This document shows positions 26,720 through 36,100 of a DNA stretch of 57,159 bases, one piece after another. The notes below the pieces were generated by a model. It had not been told where the DNA came from. It was given only the letters and a program-made list of their open reading frames with translations, and did not search any database. This DNA comes from a virus (lineage: Duplodnaviria; Caudoviricetes): IMG/VR virus record IMGVR_UViG_3300005294_000044, positions 1-57,159 of that record; one strand, 5' to 3'. Position numbers and translations under genes: made by a program. How positions within the stretch are numbered: the stretch's first letter is position 1; the number at the start of each line of letters is the position of its first letter.

Positions 26720-27331
26720 TTACTGACCAGCCATCAGTGCCGCAAAATCCTGTGCTGGCATTTCCATCTCATCGAACGGATCGACGCCAGGTAACGGTGC
26801 CTCTAGCTTGGCCAGGAACATCGTCACGTCCTTGGAATCCATGGACCGGATCATGATCAGGAGTGCAGCGTCCAGCCAAGCCGACAGGGATAACGTGGCG
26901 GCATCAATGTGCCGGAACACCATCTCGGAACCGACCACATCCCATGAGGCTTGGGCGCTGCCAATCAGCCTCAAAGCGATATGCCATGGTCTTCCAGCCA
27001 CCTGATCAATGACCTGGAAGGCCAGGTCAACATAATCCTGCAAAGACAGGCGCTCGGTGAACAGGGCCTCATCAAGGGCATCGGCCAGGTCTGGCGCCAG
27101 GGCTAGGAACAGGTTGCTCACATCTAGGGAGTCCGACATCAGCGTGGCCAACCACTCGGCAGCCGGCAGTGCCGGAATCTGAATGGTCTGCCCATCCACG
27201 CTCACATCCAGTGGCCACGGTTGCAGCGACCACACAGGGTCCGTGACCAGTTTGGGTACACGGATCCCGGAATTGGACGCAGGAGCCGAGGTGGCGGGTG
27301 GATTAAACGGGCGTCTTGCGCGGCCGGCCAC
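26720..27331 (-). CDS. Tail assembly chaperone (second ORF)
   Basis: Position just before the tape measure; 29-nt overlap with the upstream chaperone. Confidence 0.6.
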   Translation of the reverse strand: MAGRARRPFNPPATSAPASNSGIRVPKLVTDPVWSLQPWPLDVSVDGQTIQIPALPAAEWLATLMSDSLDVSNLFLALAPDLADALDEALFTERLSLQDYVDLAFQVIDQVAGRPWHIALRLIGSAQASWDVVGSEMVFRHIDAATLSLSAWLDAALLIMIRSMDSKDVTMFLAKLEAPLPGVDPFDEMEMPAQDFAALMAGQ

Positions 27332-27653
27332 GGCGCACCACCGGCTTAGCCGGCTCCTTTTCCTCGCCGAAGGCTTTGATAACGCCGAACAGGTCGCCCA
27401 GCTCCAGGTCCCCGGCCACGTTCAGGTTGGTCAGATAATCCCGGTCCTCCGGCTGCACGATGGCCGACTCCAACACGTCCATCAGCCGACCGATCGCCAC
27501 CAGCTTGCGGCGGTTCTCCACATCATCACGCTCTACCAGTTGCGCTTCACGCATCAGCAGAACCATCTGGGCGTCACGTAACTGGCGCACCACAACCTGG
27601 CGCCCTTTGATCGGAACGATCCGAGTTTCCCGGCCGGGATCTTCTTTGGTCAT
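27303..27653 (-). CDS. Tail assembly chaperone
   Basis: Synteny. Confidence 0.6.
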   Translation of the reverse strand: MTKEDPGRETRIVPIKGRQVVVRQLRDAQMVLLMREAQLVERDDVENRRKLVAIGRLMDVLESAIVQPEDRDYLTNLNVAGDLELGDLFGVIKAFGEEKEPAKPVVRRGRPRKTPV

Positions 27654-27667
27654 AAATCAGCAGCCTA

Positions 27668-28096
27668 CTACCGTTCGTAGATGACGTAGCGCATGTGGTT
27701 GATCCGGGCGATCTCGGCCAGCGGTGCGGTCAGATAATGCTTCCCCTTCTGACCGGGGTGGCTGACTGATTTAAGCCAGACCGTGTGACCCACCTTGCGC
27801 CAGAAGAATTTCAGATGGTACGGCGGGTTGTGGGGATAAATCTTGTGCCGGGGGGCACCGGACTGAGGGTAGGCGGCATAACGCAGCTTGCTGCCCACCC
27901 GCCCCCGGACCCCGTTGGGGGTGGTAACGGTCTCCCGGGTGATTGAGGCGGCCAACTTCCCGGTCGTGTATGGGCCCACCAGAAGTGTCACCCGGGCTCG
28001 GAACTGGATCTGGTAGGTGACCCGGTCGACCAGCTTCTTGGCGGCTGCACGACTGTGCAGATGCGCCTCTAGGCGATGGATCCGGACTCTGGCCAC
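27668..28096 (-). CDS. HK97 gp10-like neck/tail-completion protein
   Basis: P..TGKL..SI...VGS.L.YA....G...H.I......V.HPG....YL..PL; likely GTG start at 28096. Confidence 0.75.
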   Translation of the reverse strand: MARVRIHRLEAHLHSRAAAKKLVDRVTYQIQFRARVTLLVGPYTTGKLAASITRETVTTPNGVRGRVGSKLRYAAYPQSGAPRHKIYPHNPPYHLKFFWRKVGHTVWLKSVSHPGQKGKHYLTAPLAEIARINHMRYVIYER

Positions 28097-28098
28097 AT

Positions 28099-28656
28099 CT
28101 AACACTCGCAGTTGGGGAACTGCGCCGCAATGGTGCAGTAGCGCTCCACGCAGCCACCTGACGGGGTGCTCTGGATCTGTCGTTCCATGACGATCGACAT
28201 GCCCAACATGGCGTCTTCCAGGTTCACGAACCAGTTGCGGAAGCAACACTGGGCCGCCCGCAGGGACCGGGCGTCCCACATGTTCTGGATGAAGGCGGCG
28301 TTCCACTCCGTGTCGGTGGGGGGGAAGTTGATGTCCCCGGTCGGAGCGCAGCGGATGATGCCCATCCGGAACTGGATCCCCCAGCCTGGCGGGGAACAGG
28401 TGCTGTTGGCCTGGCGCACGATGTCCTGTTCCGGGAACGACTGCGAAGACGGCCACGAGTCACCCAGGGCCACGTAGGCGATACCTTCACAGCAGTAGTC
28501 CACCTCGGCACCAATGTCGTGGGCGATCTCCACCCCGACCCGGTAGGCGATGTGCTGCGGTGTGCCTGGAGCCCCGGATACGGCCGTGGACAGACAACTC
28601 AGCAGGGCCTGAGCCATCAGGGGAACAAACGGGTCCAGGGGATCGGGGCTGGTCAT
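28099..28656 (-). CDS. Tail terminator / head-tail connector protein
   Basis: Cys-rich; GIIRCAP...P.GGC pattern; synteny. Confidence 0.65.
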   Translation of the reverse strand: MTSPDPLDPFVPLMAQALLSCLSTAVSGAPGTPQHIAYRVGVEIAHDIGAEVDYCCEGIAYVALGDSWPSSQSFPEQDIVRQANSTCSPPGWGIQFRMGIIRCAPTGDINFPPTDTEWNAAFIQNMWDARSLRAAQCCFRNWFVNLEDAMLGMSIVMERQIQSTPSGGCVERYCTIAAQFPNCEC

Positions 28657-29477
28657 GGAATGATCGTCGTTCTACTGGCCGGCGGCCAGTCCGGGGACAC
28701 TATCCGAGGTCGGGACCGTAGGCCGTACGGGTTGTACGAGGCGATGACAGAGTCCACCGTCTCCACTCCTGTCAGTCCTCGCCGGAGCAGGTCGTCGATG
28801 CTGACCATGGAGATGGACACACCCTGGCGCGTGAGCGACTGGACCCGCTGTGGTAGGCGGCATGGCTGGCCCAGGCAACTTTTGGCCCACTCGCACGCAA
28901 GCTCGCCCGCAGCCCGGGATAGGACCGAGGGGACCTCCAGGCCCTGCTGATACGTAACGAAGAAGGTGCCCACACCAGAATCAACGTTGTAGTCCTGGCA
29001 TTCTGGCCAGCAGTCACCGTCTGTACGTACCAGCCAGGTTCCGTTGTCAACGTCCACTCTCCAGGCATCGACCGGAACGATCTCCCCGTCCTGGGAGATG
29101 CCGGTGGCCGGGATTGCTGCGACCGGGCCGTTGAGCCACACCTGACAGGCTGGTTCACAGGTGCAGCAGCCCATACCGCCATCACAGCCGCACCAGCAGT
29201 TACGCCACACCCCGTTGAAGATGTACGGCAGCCAGGTCCCATCGGACCAGAAGTAGCCCGAGTTTCCCCGCTGGTTGCAGGTACGTCCACAGGGGCGAAC
29301 GGTACGGGTGCACAGCCCGAACCGGCGTCCGGTGGCCGCCCAGACGGTGAACGCCCCGTACTCGGCAGCCGAGACCTGAAGTTCGGGGCTCAGCGTCTCC
29401 CAGAAGTCATCGCAGCAGTCGGTGGTAACGTCCCACGTACAGGGCAGAGCGGGAGCCATGGTGGTGAAAACTTCCAC
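28653..29477 (-). CDS. Head-to-tail adaptor
   Basis: WAATGRRFG.C...VRPC...WP.CQ...ELACE...CRLP.RV.SLTRQGVS...TG...VD...NP. Confidence 0.8.
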   Translation of the reverse strand: MEVFTTMAPALPCTWDVTTDCCDDFWETLSPELQVSAAEYGAFTVWAATGRRFGLCTRTVRPCGRTCNQRGNSGYFWSDGTWLPYIFNGVWRNCWCGCDGGMGCCTCEPACQVWLNGPVAAIPATGISQDGEIVPVDAWRVDVDNGTWLVRTDGDCWPECQDYNVDSGVGTFFVTYQQGLEVPSVLSRAAGELACEWAKSCLGQPCRLPQRVQSLTRQGVSISMVSIDDLLRRGLTGVETVDSVIASYNPYGLRSRPRIVSPDWPPASRTTIIP

Positions 29478-29519
29478 GGCTCCCGCTCCTTTCTGGACTG
29501 CCCATCAAGCTGCCCCAGC

Positions 29520-30227
29520 TTACGGCGTCAGGTCAGCCAGCGTCGTGCACCCACAGGTCGGGTCCGGTGGCGCCAGCCGAGTCTCGAAGAATCTTCGATG
29601 CTCGGTGGAGCGTATTGCCGTCAGTAGCGGTATCTGTGTGGTCGACCCGACCGGGTTGTCCGAGTAGTCGACCATGTATGGGCCGGTGCCCCACGGGGAA
29701 CGGTTCGAGGTGCGACCGGCGATGACCAGATCCACGGTGTCGTTCTGGAACGTCATCGCCTGGATCGTGGCCTGGGTGATCCAGGGCAGGACCCCGTAGC
29801 CGTACTCCACCCCACCGGTACAGGGCGTGGAGGTGTTAGCCAGTCGGGTCCACAGCTCCAGGGCGAAGTTGGCATTGGCCGCCGCACCTGTGTCGCTGGA
29901 CCAGCCGATGGCGTTGGGAGTAGCGGCGTCGTCGTAGACCCGCTGCTCGGCCGAAGTGATGGCGATCAGGTCCGGGTCCACGTCACACATGGTCAGCGTG
30001 ACGTTGTACCACTTCAGGATCGGGGCGTTGGTCACTTCGACACAGAAGGTCCCGTCGCCGTTCTTCTTGAAGAAGTCCTGACGCTCCTCGTATTCGGGTT
30101 CCATCTCCACAGAGATGACCCCGGAAGAGACCACCGTCGAACACCCGGTCTGTGGCACGCCACAGGAGTTGAGCAGCGTTGCCCGGATTCGGGGGATCTT
30201 CCAGATAGTGAAGCACTGGGTGGTCAT
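29520..30227 (-). CDS. Major tail protein
   Basis: R.T.L..CG.P......V.SG...K...G..C...CDVDP...FALELWT...WG.GPY; start MTTQC at 30227. Confidence 0.8.
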   Translation of the reverse strand: MTTQCFTIWKIPRIRATLLNSCGVPQTGCSTVVSSGVISVEMEPEYEERQDFFKKNGDGTFCVEVTNAPILKWYNVTLTMCDVDPDLIAITSAEQRVYDDAATPNAIGWSSDTGAAANANFALELWTRLANTSTPCTGGVEYGYGVLPWITQATIQAMTFQNDTVDLVIAGRTSNRSPWGTGPYMVDYSDNPVGSTTQIPLLTAIRSTEHRRFFETRLAPPDPTCGCTTLADLTP

Positions 30228-31084
30228 TACGTGCCCCCTCCGGAGGTGGTACAGGTTCGGGTGACTTGGATTGCCCACACGCCGCATTCCACGGCCACGG
30301 CATAGGGACGCTCAGCCACCAGGGAAAGCTGGTTGGTGGACTTGTCCAGCACCTGTCCCGGGTCCGGAACCCAGATCTGCGGGTCCTGCCAGACCAGCAC
30401 CCGACCCGAGGCGTACATCCACTCGGTGGTGGCATCGGCCGCCTGGCCGGTGGGTCCCGATCCGTCGTACCCTCGCCCGAACACCAGCGGGGTACGGATG
30501 ACCGTGGACAGAGCCCGACCGTTGAGGTTCTGGTAGTGGATCAGGTAGTTGTTGGTCAGGTGGGCTGACATCCCGGGCCGGGCGTGGATCATCCCCCCCG
30601 GCACGTCGTTGTCGGCCAGGGTCTGTTCCAGGATTTCGATCGCCTCTACCGGGCAGCCGGCCGAACCCAGGTTGACCGCGTTGCGGAACAGGCCGGTGAT
30701 GGTGCCCAGGGCGCCGCTGGTTCCCGACCACACCCGCTGCTCCACGGCCGTCTGCTCCCGCATGGCCATACGGATACGGACCCGTCGCTCTGCTTCAGCG
30801 AAGGAGAAGCTGAGCGAGCCACAGGTGTAGCTGGTCAGCACCGAGAACGGGGCACCGGAAACCGAGCCTTCAACGGCATCGAAGGTCTTGGTCCCGGTGA
30901 TGGGCGGGCAATCCAGGGGAACCAGGTAGTAGTTGTCCTCACAGATGTCCGGGACGTACTGGACCCCACCACCCATGGCCTGGGGGTTGGGGAACGGCAT
31001 CGGACCCAATGCCACATCGAACAGCCCGTAGGGCCGCTGAGGTGGAGCTGGAGGGTCAATAACGACCGGGGGTATCAGTGCCAC
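30227..31084 (-). CDS. Second capsid protein (pentamer-type, as in cluster-B-like actinophages)
   Basis: PYGLF...GGVQY...PF.V....C...EQ.AVE....G.IH...TP.V.G.GY...N.....AER.Y; follows the major capsid gene. Confidence 0.7.
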   Translation of the reverse strand: MALIPPVVIDPPAPPQRPYGLFDVALGPMPFPNPQAMGGGVQYVPDICEDNYYLVPLDCPPITGTKTFDAVEGSVSGAPFSVLTSYTCGSLSFSFAEAERRVRIRMAMREQTAVEQRVWSGTSGALGTITGLFRNAVNLGSAGCPVEAIEILEQTLADNDVPGGMIHARPGMSAHLTNNYLIHYQNLNGRALSTVIRTPLVFGRGYDGSGPTGQAADATTEWMYASGRVLVWQDPQIWVPDPGQVLDKSTNQLSLVAERPYAVAVECGVWAIQVTRTCTTSGGGT

Positions 31085-31099
31085 CCGATCCTCCTTCCG

Positions 31100-31143
31100 G
31101 TAGGGGTGGCGTGGGGGCGACCGAAGCCGCCCCCACTCCTATC
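31100..31143 (-). terminator. GC-rich hairpin after the major capsid gene
   Basis: Imperfect inverted repeat GGGGGCG/CGCCCC with outer TAGGGGTGG/CCACTCCTA. Confidence 0.45.
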
Positions 31144-31145
31144 CG

Positions 31146-32864
31146 TCAGGAACAGGTCGGGCAGGTCAGGGTGCCGGTTGCTGTGGTCTTACCGCTCGGG
31201 CACACCGGAACCGTGTAGACGCGGGAAACCGGGCACATCTTCACCATGGCCCAGCCGGTCTCCGTGAACAGGTGGGTCACCTGGTTGGTGGCCAGCTTGG
31301 TCGAGTCGTAGACCGAGTTCAGGGTGATCACATCCGACACCGCCCGGACCCAGGTGCCGGCCGGGTAGACCAGGAACTGGAGCGAGCAGGGAAGGTTGTT
31401 GATCGGAGTGTCCGCGCCCGGCGAGCCGGTGGCCGCACCGGTGGCGAAGGCGTCCTGCCAGTCGTAGACGTACTGGACCCGGGCCCCACGGCAGGAGAAC
31501 GCCGAGGCGATAGCCGAATCGGCCAGGCACAACATGTCGGAGTAGTCCCCGCCGTTGCGACGGATCCAGTCAGCCCGCATCTGGGCCAGGATCCAGTACG
31601 GCATGACCACTTCCAGAGTGGCGCTGCGCTGCATGCGCAAGCGGTACTTGATGTCCACGATGGCCATCTCGACCGCCGACAGGACCTGGGACACGGTCGA
31701 ACCGTCAGTAGCCCACGGGGCAGCAGCGGTCAGGTTCACGGCGGTGGAGCCGGTCACCACATCGGCGATCTGCTCACGGTTGATCTGGTGGGCAGAAGCG
31801 GCCAGGGCGCCACGAACGAAGGTGGCGGTGAACTCCGGGTAGCCCCGGTTGGCCAGGATGTTTCCGGTCAGACACAGACCGGTCACGCCCAGGCGGGTGT
31901 CGGTGAAGTCGGGGCAGGGAATCTCCAGACAGGTCTTAGTGGTGCCGGAGATGACCTGGGCCTCGGTCAGGTCGAAGTAGCCGGTGCCGGCACCGAAGAT
32001 CGAGTCGAACTCGATACCGGTGTTGTGCCGGATGCCACCACGACGGGCCTGCACCTCAGGCACGTCGTACATGCCATCGGTGGTGATCTGAAGACAGATG
32101 TCGTAGTCGGTCTCCGAAGGGGCACACCAACCCTGGGCCGCCACCAGGGCGTCCCGCTCCGGGTGCTGGGCCTGGATCTCCTTGAACCGCTGCTCCACCG
32201 AGCGCAGCAGCGAACCACCGGGCAGCCGGGTCTCATCAGCCACGGCCAGCAACTTGACGTAGTCACTCTCGTCACCGTTGACCGAGAACTCGGCCGGGTA
32301 GTCGCGGCGCATGACCGCCACCGGGTAGTGCACCGGTCCGGCCACGCTGGGGGCCTTGGATCCGGAGAAGCCCATCGAGCGGGCCTCGAACGCCTTGGCC
32401 ACATCCAGCAGGGTGGGGAATTCCTGGCCGGCTTCGAAGTTGGGGACGCCGGCTGCCGCCACTAAAGACGAGTAGCGGGGGCGAACGTCACGCTTGCCGA
32501 CGTCCTGGGTGACCTTGTCGTTGTTCGCGATGATGTCGTTGAGGGAGACGTTGATGACGTTGGCCGACGCGGTCACCGCAGCCGGTTCCTCTACGACCTC
32601 GTCGTCGGCCCCTTCCTCACCCTCGGGCTGGGTGCCCAGGGCAGCGAAGGCGTCCTTGCGCCGCTTGCGACCCTGTACCTCACCCGGGACCGTGTCGCGG
32701 ATGAACTCCTGCAACGCCTGGGCGTGCTCGATCTGCTCATCGGTGATGGTGTCGGGAGTGGCGCCGGACATGATGGCCGTGAACTCGGCCTCAGCCTTGC
32801 TGCGCATGTCCTCGATTGCCGTGAACGTGTACGGCGTGAGGTCGTCGGGGATCTGGAATGGCAT
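31146..32864 (-). CDS. Major capsid protein (hexamer-type) with N-terminal scaffold-like region
   Basis: LVAAQGWCAPSETDYD...PEV..RGG...K.C.EIPCP.F...YPE...YPAGTW...YDS.KL..N...LFTE. Confidence 0.88.
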   Translation of the reverse strand: MPFQIPDDLTPYTFTAIEDMRSKAEAEFTAIMSGATPDTITDEQIEHAQALQEFIRDTVPGEVQGRKRRKDAFAALGTQPEGEEGADDEVVEEPAAVTASANVINVSLNDIIANNDKVTQDVGKRDVRPRYSSLVAAAGVPNFEAGQEFPTLLDVAKAFEARSMGFSGSKAPSVAGPVHYPVAVMRRDYPAEFSVNGDESDYVKLLAVADETRLPGGSLLRSVEQRFKEIQAQHPERDALVAAQGWCAPSETDYDICLQITTDGMYDVPEVQARRGGIRHNTGIEFDSIFGAGTGYFDLTEAQVISGTTKTCLEIPCPDFTDTRLGVTGLCLTGNILANRGYPEFTATFVRGALAASAHQINREQIADVVTGSTAVNLTAAAPWATDGSTVSQVLSAVEMAIVDIKYRLRMQRSATLEVVMPYWILAQMRADWIRRNGGDYSDMLCLADSAIASAFSCRGARVQYVYDWQDAFATGAATGSPGADTPINNLPCSLQFLVYPAGTWVRAVSDVITLNSVYDSTKLATNQVTHLFTETGWAMVKMCPVSRVYTVPVCPSGKTTATGTLTCPTCS

Positions 32865-32908
32865 TGTGGGCCAGCCTCTCGGAAGCCGTGGTTAATAGGC
32901 TCCCGGCG

Positions 32909-32971
32909 CGGCTCACAGCTCAGCCACCGGACGGTGGTCAGATCCCGATACGGCTCACAGCTCAGCTACCG
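32909..32971 (-). repeat. Tandem 21-nt hairpin repeats in the capsid 5' leader
   Basis: CGGT(A/G)GCTGAGCTGTGAGCCG at 32951-32971 and 32909-32929; TATAGT -10 at 32984-32989. Confidence 0.85.
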
Positions 32972-32990
32972 ACGATCAAGGACACTATAA

Positions 32991-33143
32991 CTATCTGCGA
33001 CTGTAAGTGCCACCACCGGCCATGGTGATGGCGATTTTGGCATCGTGTTCGGTCTCCACGATCCGGACCTCCCCATTGGGAAGCCGGACCTCGAACGAGG
33101 ATCCATTGGCCGTTTGTTCGGCCGTCTTACCGCAGTTGCACAT
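32991..33143 (-). CDS. Small 50-aa protein MCNCGK...AGGGTYSRR (not in ORF track)
   Basis: Hand-translated; GAGGGGG RBS; CxCG start typical of small head-region proteins. Confidence 0.7.
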   Translation of the reverse strand: MCNCGKTAEQTANGSSFEVRLPNGEVRIVETEHDAKIAITMAGGGTYSRR

Positions 33144-33146
33144 GGG

Positions 33147-36100
33147 TCACTCCCCCTCTGTTTCTTCAGAATACCGGTGGATCAGCTCCTGGATCAGAGA
33201 GGACCTGGTGTTTACCCTCTTCGGGATGCCCAGAGAATCAGCCCACGCCCGCAACTCTTCCAGCGACAGGTCGGCTATAAGGTCACCGATCCGTTTCGGG
33301 GTCGCCTCACCAACGTTCAGTTCGTCAACCTGGTCCCGGATGCCCCTCCACTGAGTCGGGGCGGACTCTGACCGACTGGCCCGCAACTCCTCCTTCCGAG
33401 CGTCCATGAACATCAACAGGTGTCGGTCCTTGGCCCCGATGTGAACGCCCGCATCGCGTTGCCGCTGAGTCAATGTCTTCTGGTTCGACTCACCGATCAG
33501 TTGGGCTTTACGGCTACGGTTCATCGCATGCAGAACACGGTCAACCTGCTCCCGGGGGAACTGGTCGTCAAGAGCGTCACGAAGATCGGCCAACGAAACG
33601 ATGTTGGCACTAGCTCCCTCTGTCGCCTGTCGATCGACCATATCTAGGAACGTATCCTCGATGGTGCGCTGGACCGCAGTATCGTCCACTGGGCCTTTGG
33701 GTGCCGCATACCGATCGATCAGGCCCTGGATGATCCAGTCCCTGCTCCGGGTGCTAACCCCATGCTGACCGCTCAGTTCCTTCAGCTCCTTGAACGTGAG
33801 CCCAGCCACCGCATCACGAACCTGCTGCTCGGACTTGGCACCCTGCAACCGCTCCAGGGCACCTTGGAGCAGGCGCCCTTCCAGGGAGTCAGCCTTAGCT
33901 TCAGCAGCCTTGACCGCAGGGGCCACCTTCTTGGCCGGGGCAGCCTTGACCGAGGGGCGCTTGGTGCCCTGGAGACGCTTGGCCAGCTCAGAAAGTTGAT
34001 CCGCCTCTGCGTATCTAGCGAGCTTCAGCCTCTCTCTCTCGGCGATGAATTCGGGATCGTAGAAGGGGCTTGAAGGATCCGTCATTGAACTGTTGCCAGC
34101 CCCGTAACGTATCGCGGCAGAGCCCCTCCGAGCACTTGCACTGCGCTCTAACCATCTACCGATAGCCGCAGGCGTGGAGTTCTTCGGCAATCCGCCTACT
34201 GATTCACCATCAAGAGCACGTTGAACGTCGTCAAGATACGTCGACTGTCCTGGAGCCAGAGCCTGATCCCACTTTTCAATGCCCAGACCCTCGGCCAGGA
34301 TCCGGGCATCGAGCTTGCCCTTCTCCTTGGGTAGGGCCGGTGGGGCCGCCTTCTTCGGTGCCGCCTTCTTGATCGGAAGTCGCCGGGGGGAAGGATCACC
34401 GAATAGGACCGCGTTCTGTTCTTCGCCACCAAGGTTCACCGCAGCGGCGCGATCCCGGTCCGTCAACGCCTTCCGGTTCGCGACCGGGATCAACCGCACA
34501 CTCTTCTTGCCAGTGAAGTCGTACCCACCGCCGAACCCGATGATCCCGGCGATCGCCTCGTCCTGCTGGTCGCGGGTCAGGTCACTTAGCGCGGGGTGCT
34601 CACGAAGGTCGGCCAAGCCCACCCATTCGCCTGGACTACGAAGATCGCGATAGGCGACCCGGACCCGGTTATCGAGTTGCACCGCACGTACGGCCGGATC
34701 AGTCGACAGCCCCGACGGGCCACGGCCCTCAAGGTCCGCCGCCGACGTTGTCTTGCGGGGAGCAGGTTTCTTGGCAGCACGACGATCCAGCTCCTGCTGC
34801 GCCACCTGACGGGCGATGTCCTGGATCACTTCATCCTTGGTCTCGCCCTTGGGTCGCTTCAGGCCCTGACGCTCCACTTCGTCTTTCAGTTGCTCAGGAG
34901 TGGCCTTCTGGAGCGCGTCATGGACATCGGCCGGCAGTTCGAGCTGGAGGACTTCCTTCTCAGTGAGTGGGGCCTCTTCCTTGAAGTGGTCCCGCATGAA
35001 GCTGGACGCCTTCTCCTGGGCTGCGATCCCCTCCTCCAGGGCGTCAGCCTGGGCGATGAGCTTGCGCCGCTCAGCCGCCGGCATGTCGCCACGTAGCGTG
35101 GCGTCAATGTCGGCCAGCTCGTCCTTGTTGAGGGAGACCTCACTCTCCAGACGCCGGACCCCCTCCTCCGGACTGATCTTGCCCGTGGCGACATCGTCAC
35201 GGATCTCGGTCAGGGAACGTCCAGCCGACCCGGGCGCCTTGATGTCAGCCGAGTTCCAAGCCTCTTTGAAGGAAGCCTTGCGTTCCGTGGAGGCGATCGG
35301 AACCTGAGCCTTGGGACCGGGAACCGACCCTTCCGGGACAAGCTTCTGGGCCTTGACCGTGGCCGGGGAGGCTTCCACCACCTGGGGCTTGAACAGGCGA
35401 ATGTCCTCGTCCCCGCGCTTGAAGCTGTAGCCACGGCGCACGATCTCCACCGGGGTGCCAGCCTTGATCCCGGTACCACTGTGCTTGGCCGAGTCAAAGG
35501 GAACAACCTCCCCCGCCTTGTTGATCGGGGTCAGGCCAGCTTCGGAGGCAACCTCATCAACCAGCCGGGACAGGGCAGGTGTGTCGCCTCTGTCGACGGC
35601 CTGTAGCCAACGGTCCCGAACGTCGTCAGGAACACCGAGACGCTTGGCAGTACTGGTGATGGTCCGTCTCACCACGGCCGGATCGGCCTGGTTGTTGAGG
35701 ATCTCATCAACCTCGGACGCGGCGGTGGCGATGGACCCCACCTTGTTGATGTCGGCCTGACGAGTGTTGGCAGCCGCTTCTGCTGCTGGGACTAAGGGGG
35801 CTGCCTTCTTGGCTGCTCTGCTCCCGGCTGCGCTGCGCAGGTCCCGACTGTCCTGGATGGCCTTGACGATGTCAGCCTTCAGGGCCTTCTTGGGCAGGGT
35901 GATGTTCTCGTCCAGGGCAATCTTGCGAAGCTCGGAGACAGTGTTCTTCTCCAGTGGTCGTTCTGCTCCAGCAACAGCCTTCTTTGCCGGTACCTTCTTG
36001 GCTACCTGCTTCGCCTCCTGCTCCAGGCGCTGGGCTTCCTCGACAGCCCCCCGTTCACGACTGACTTCCGCGTCGCGACGTAGCAGCTTCGCCTCATCGG

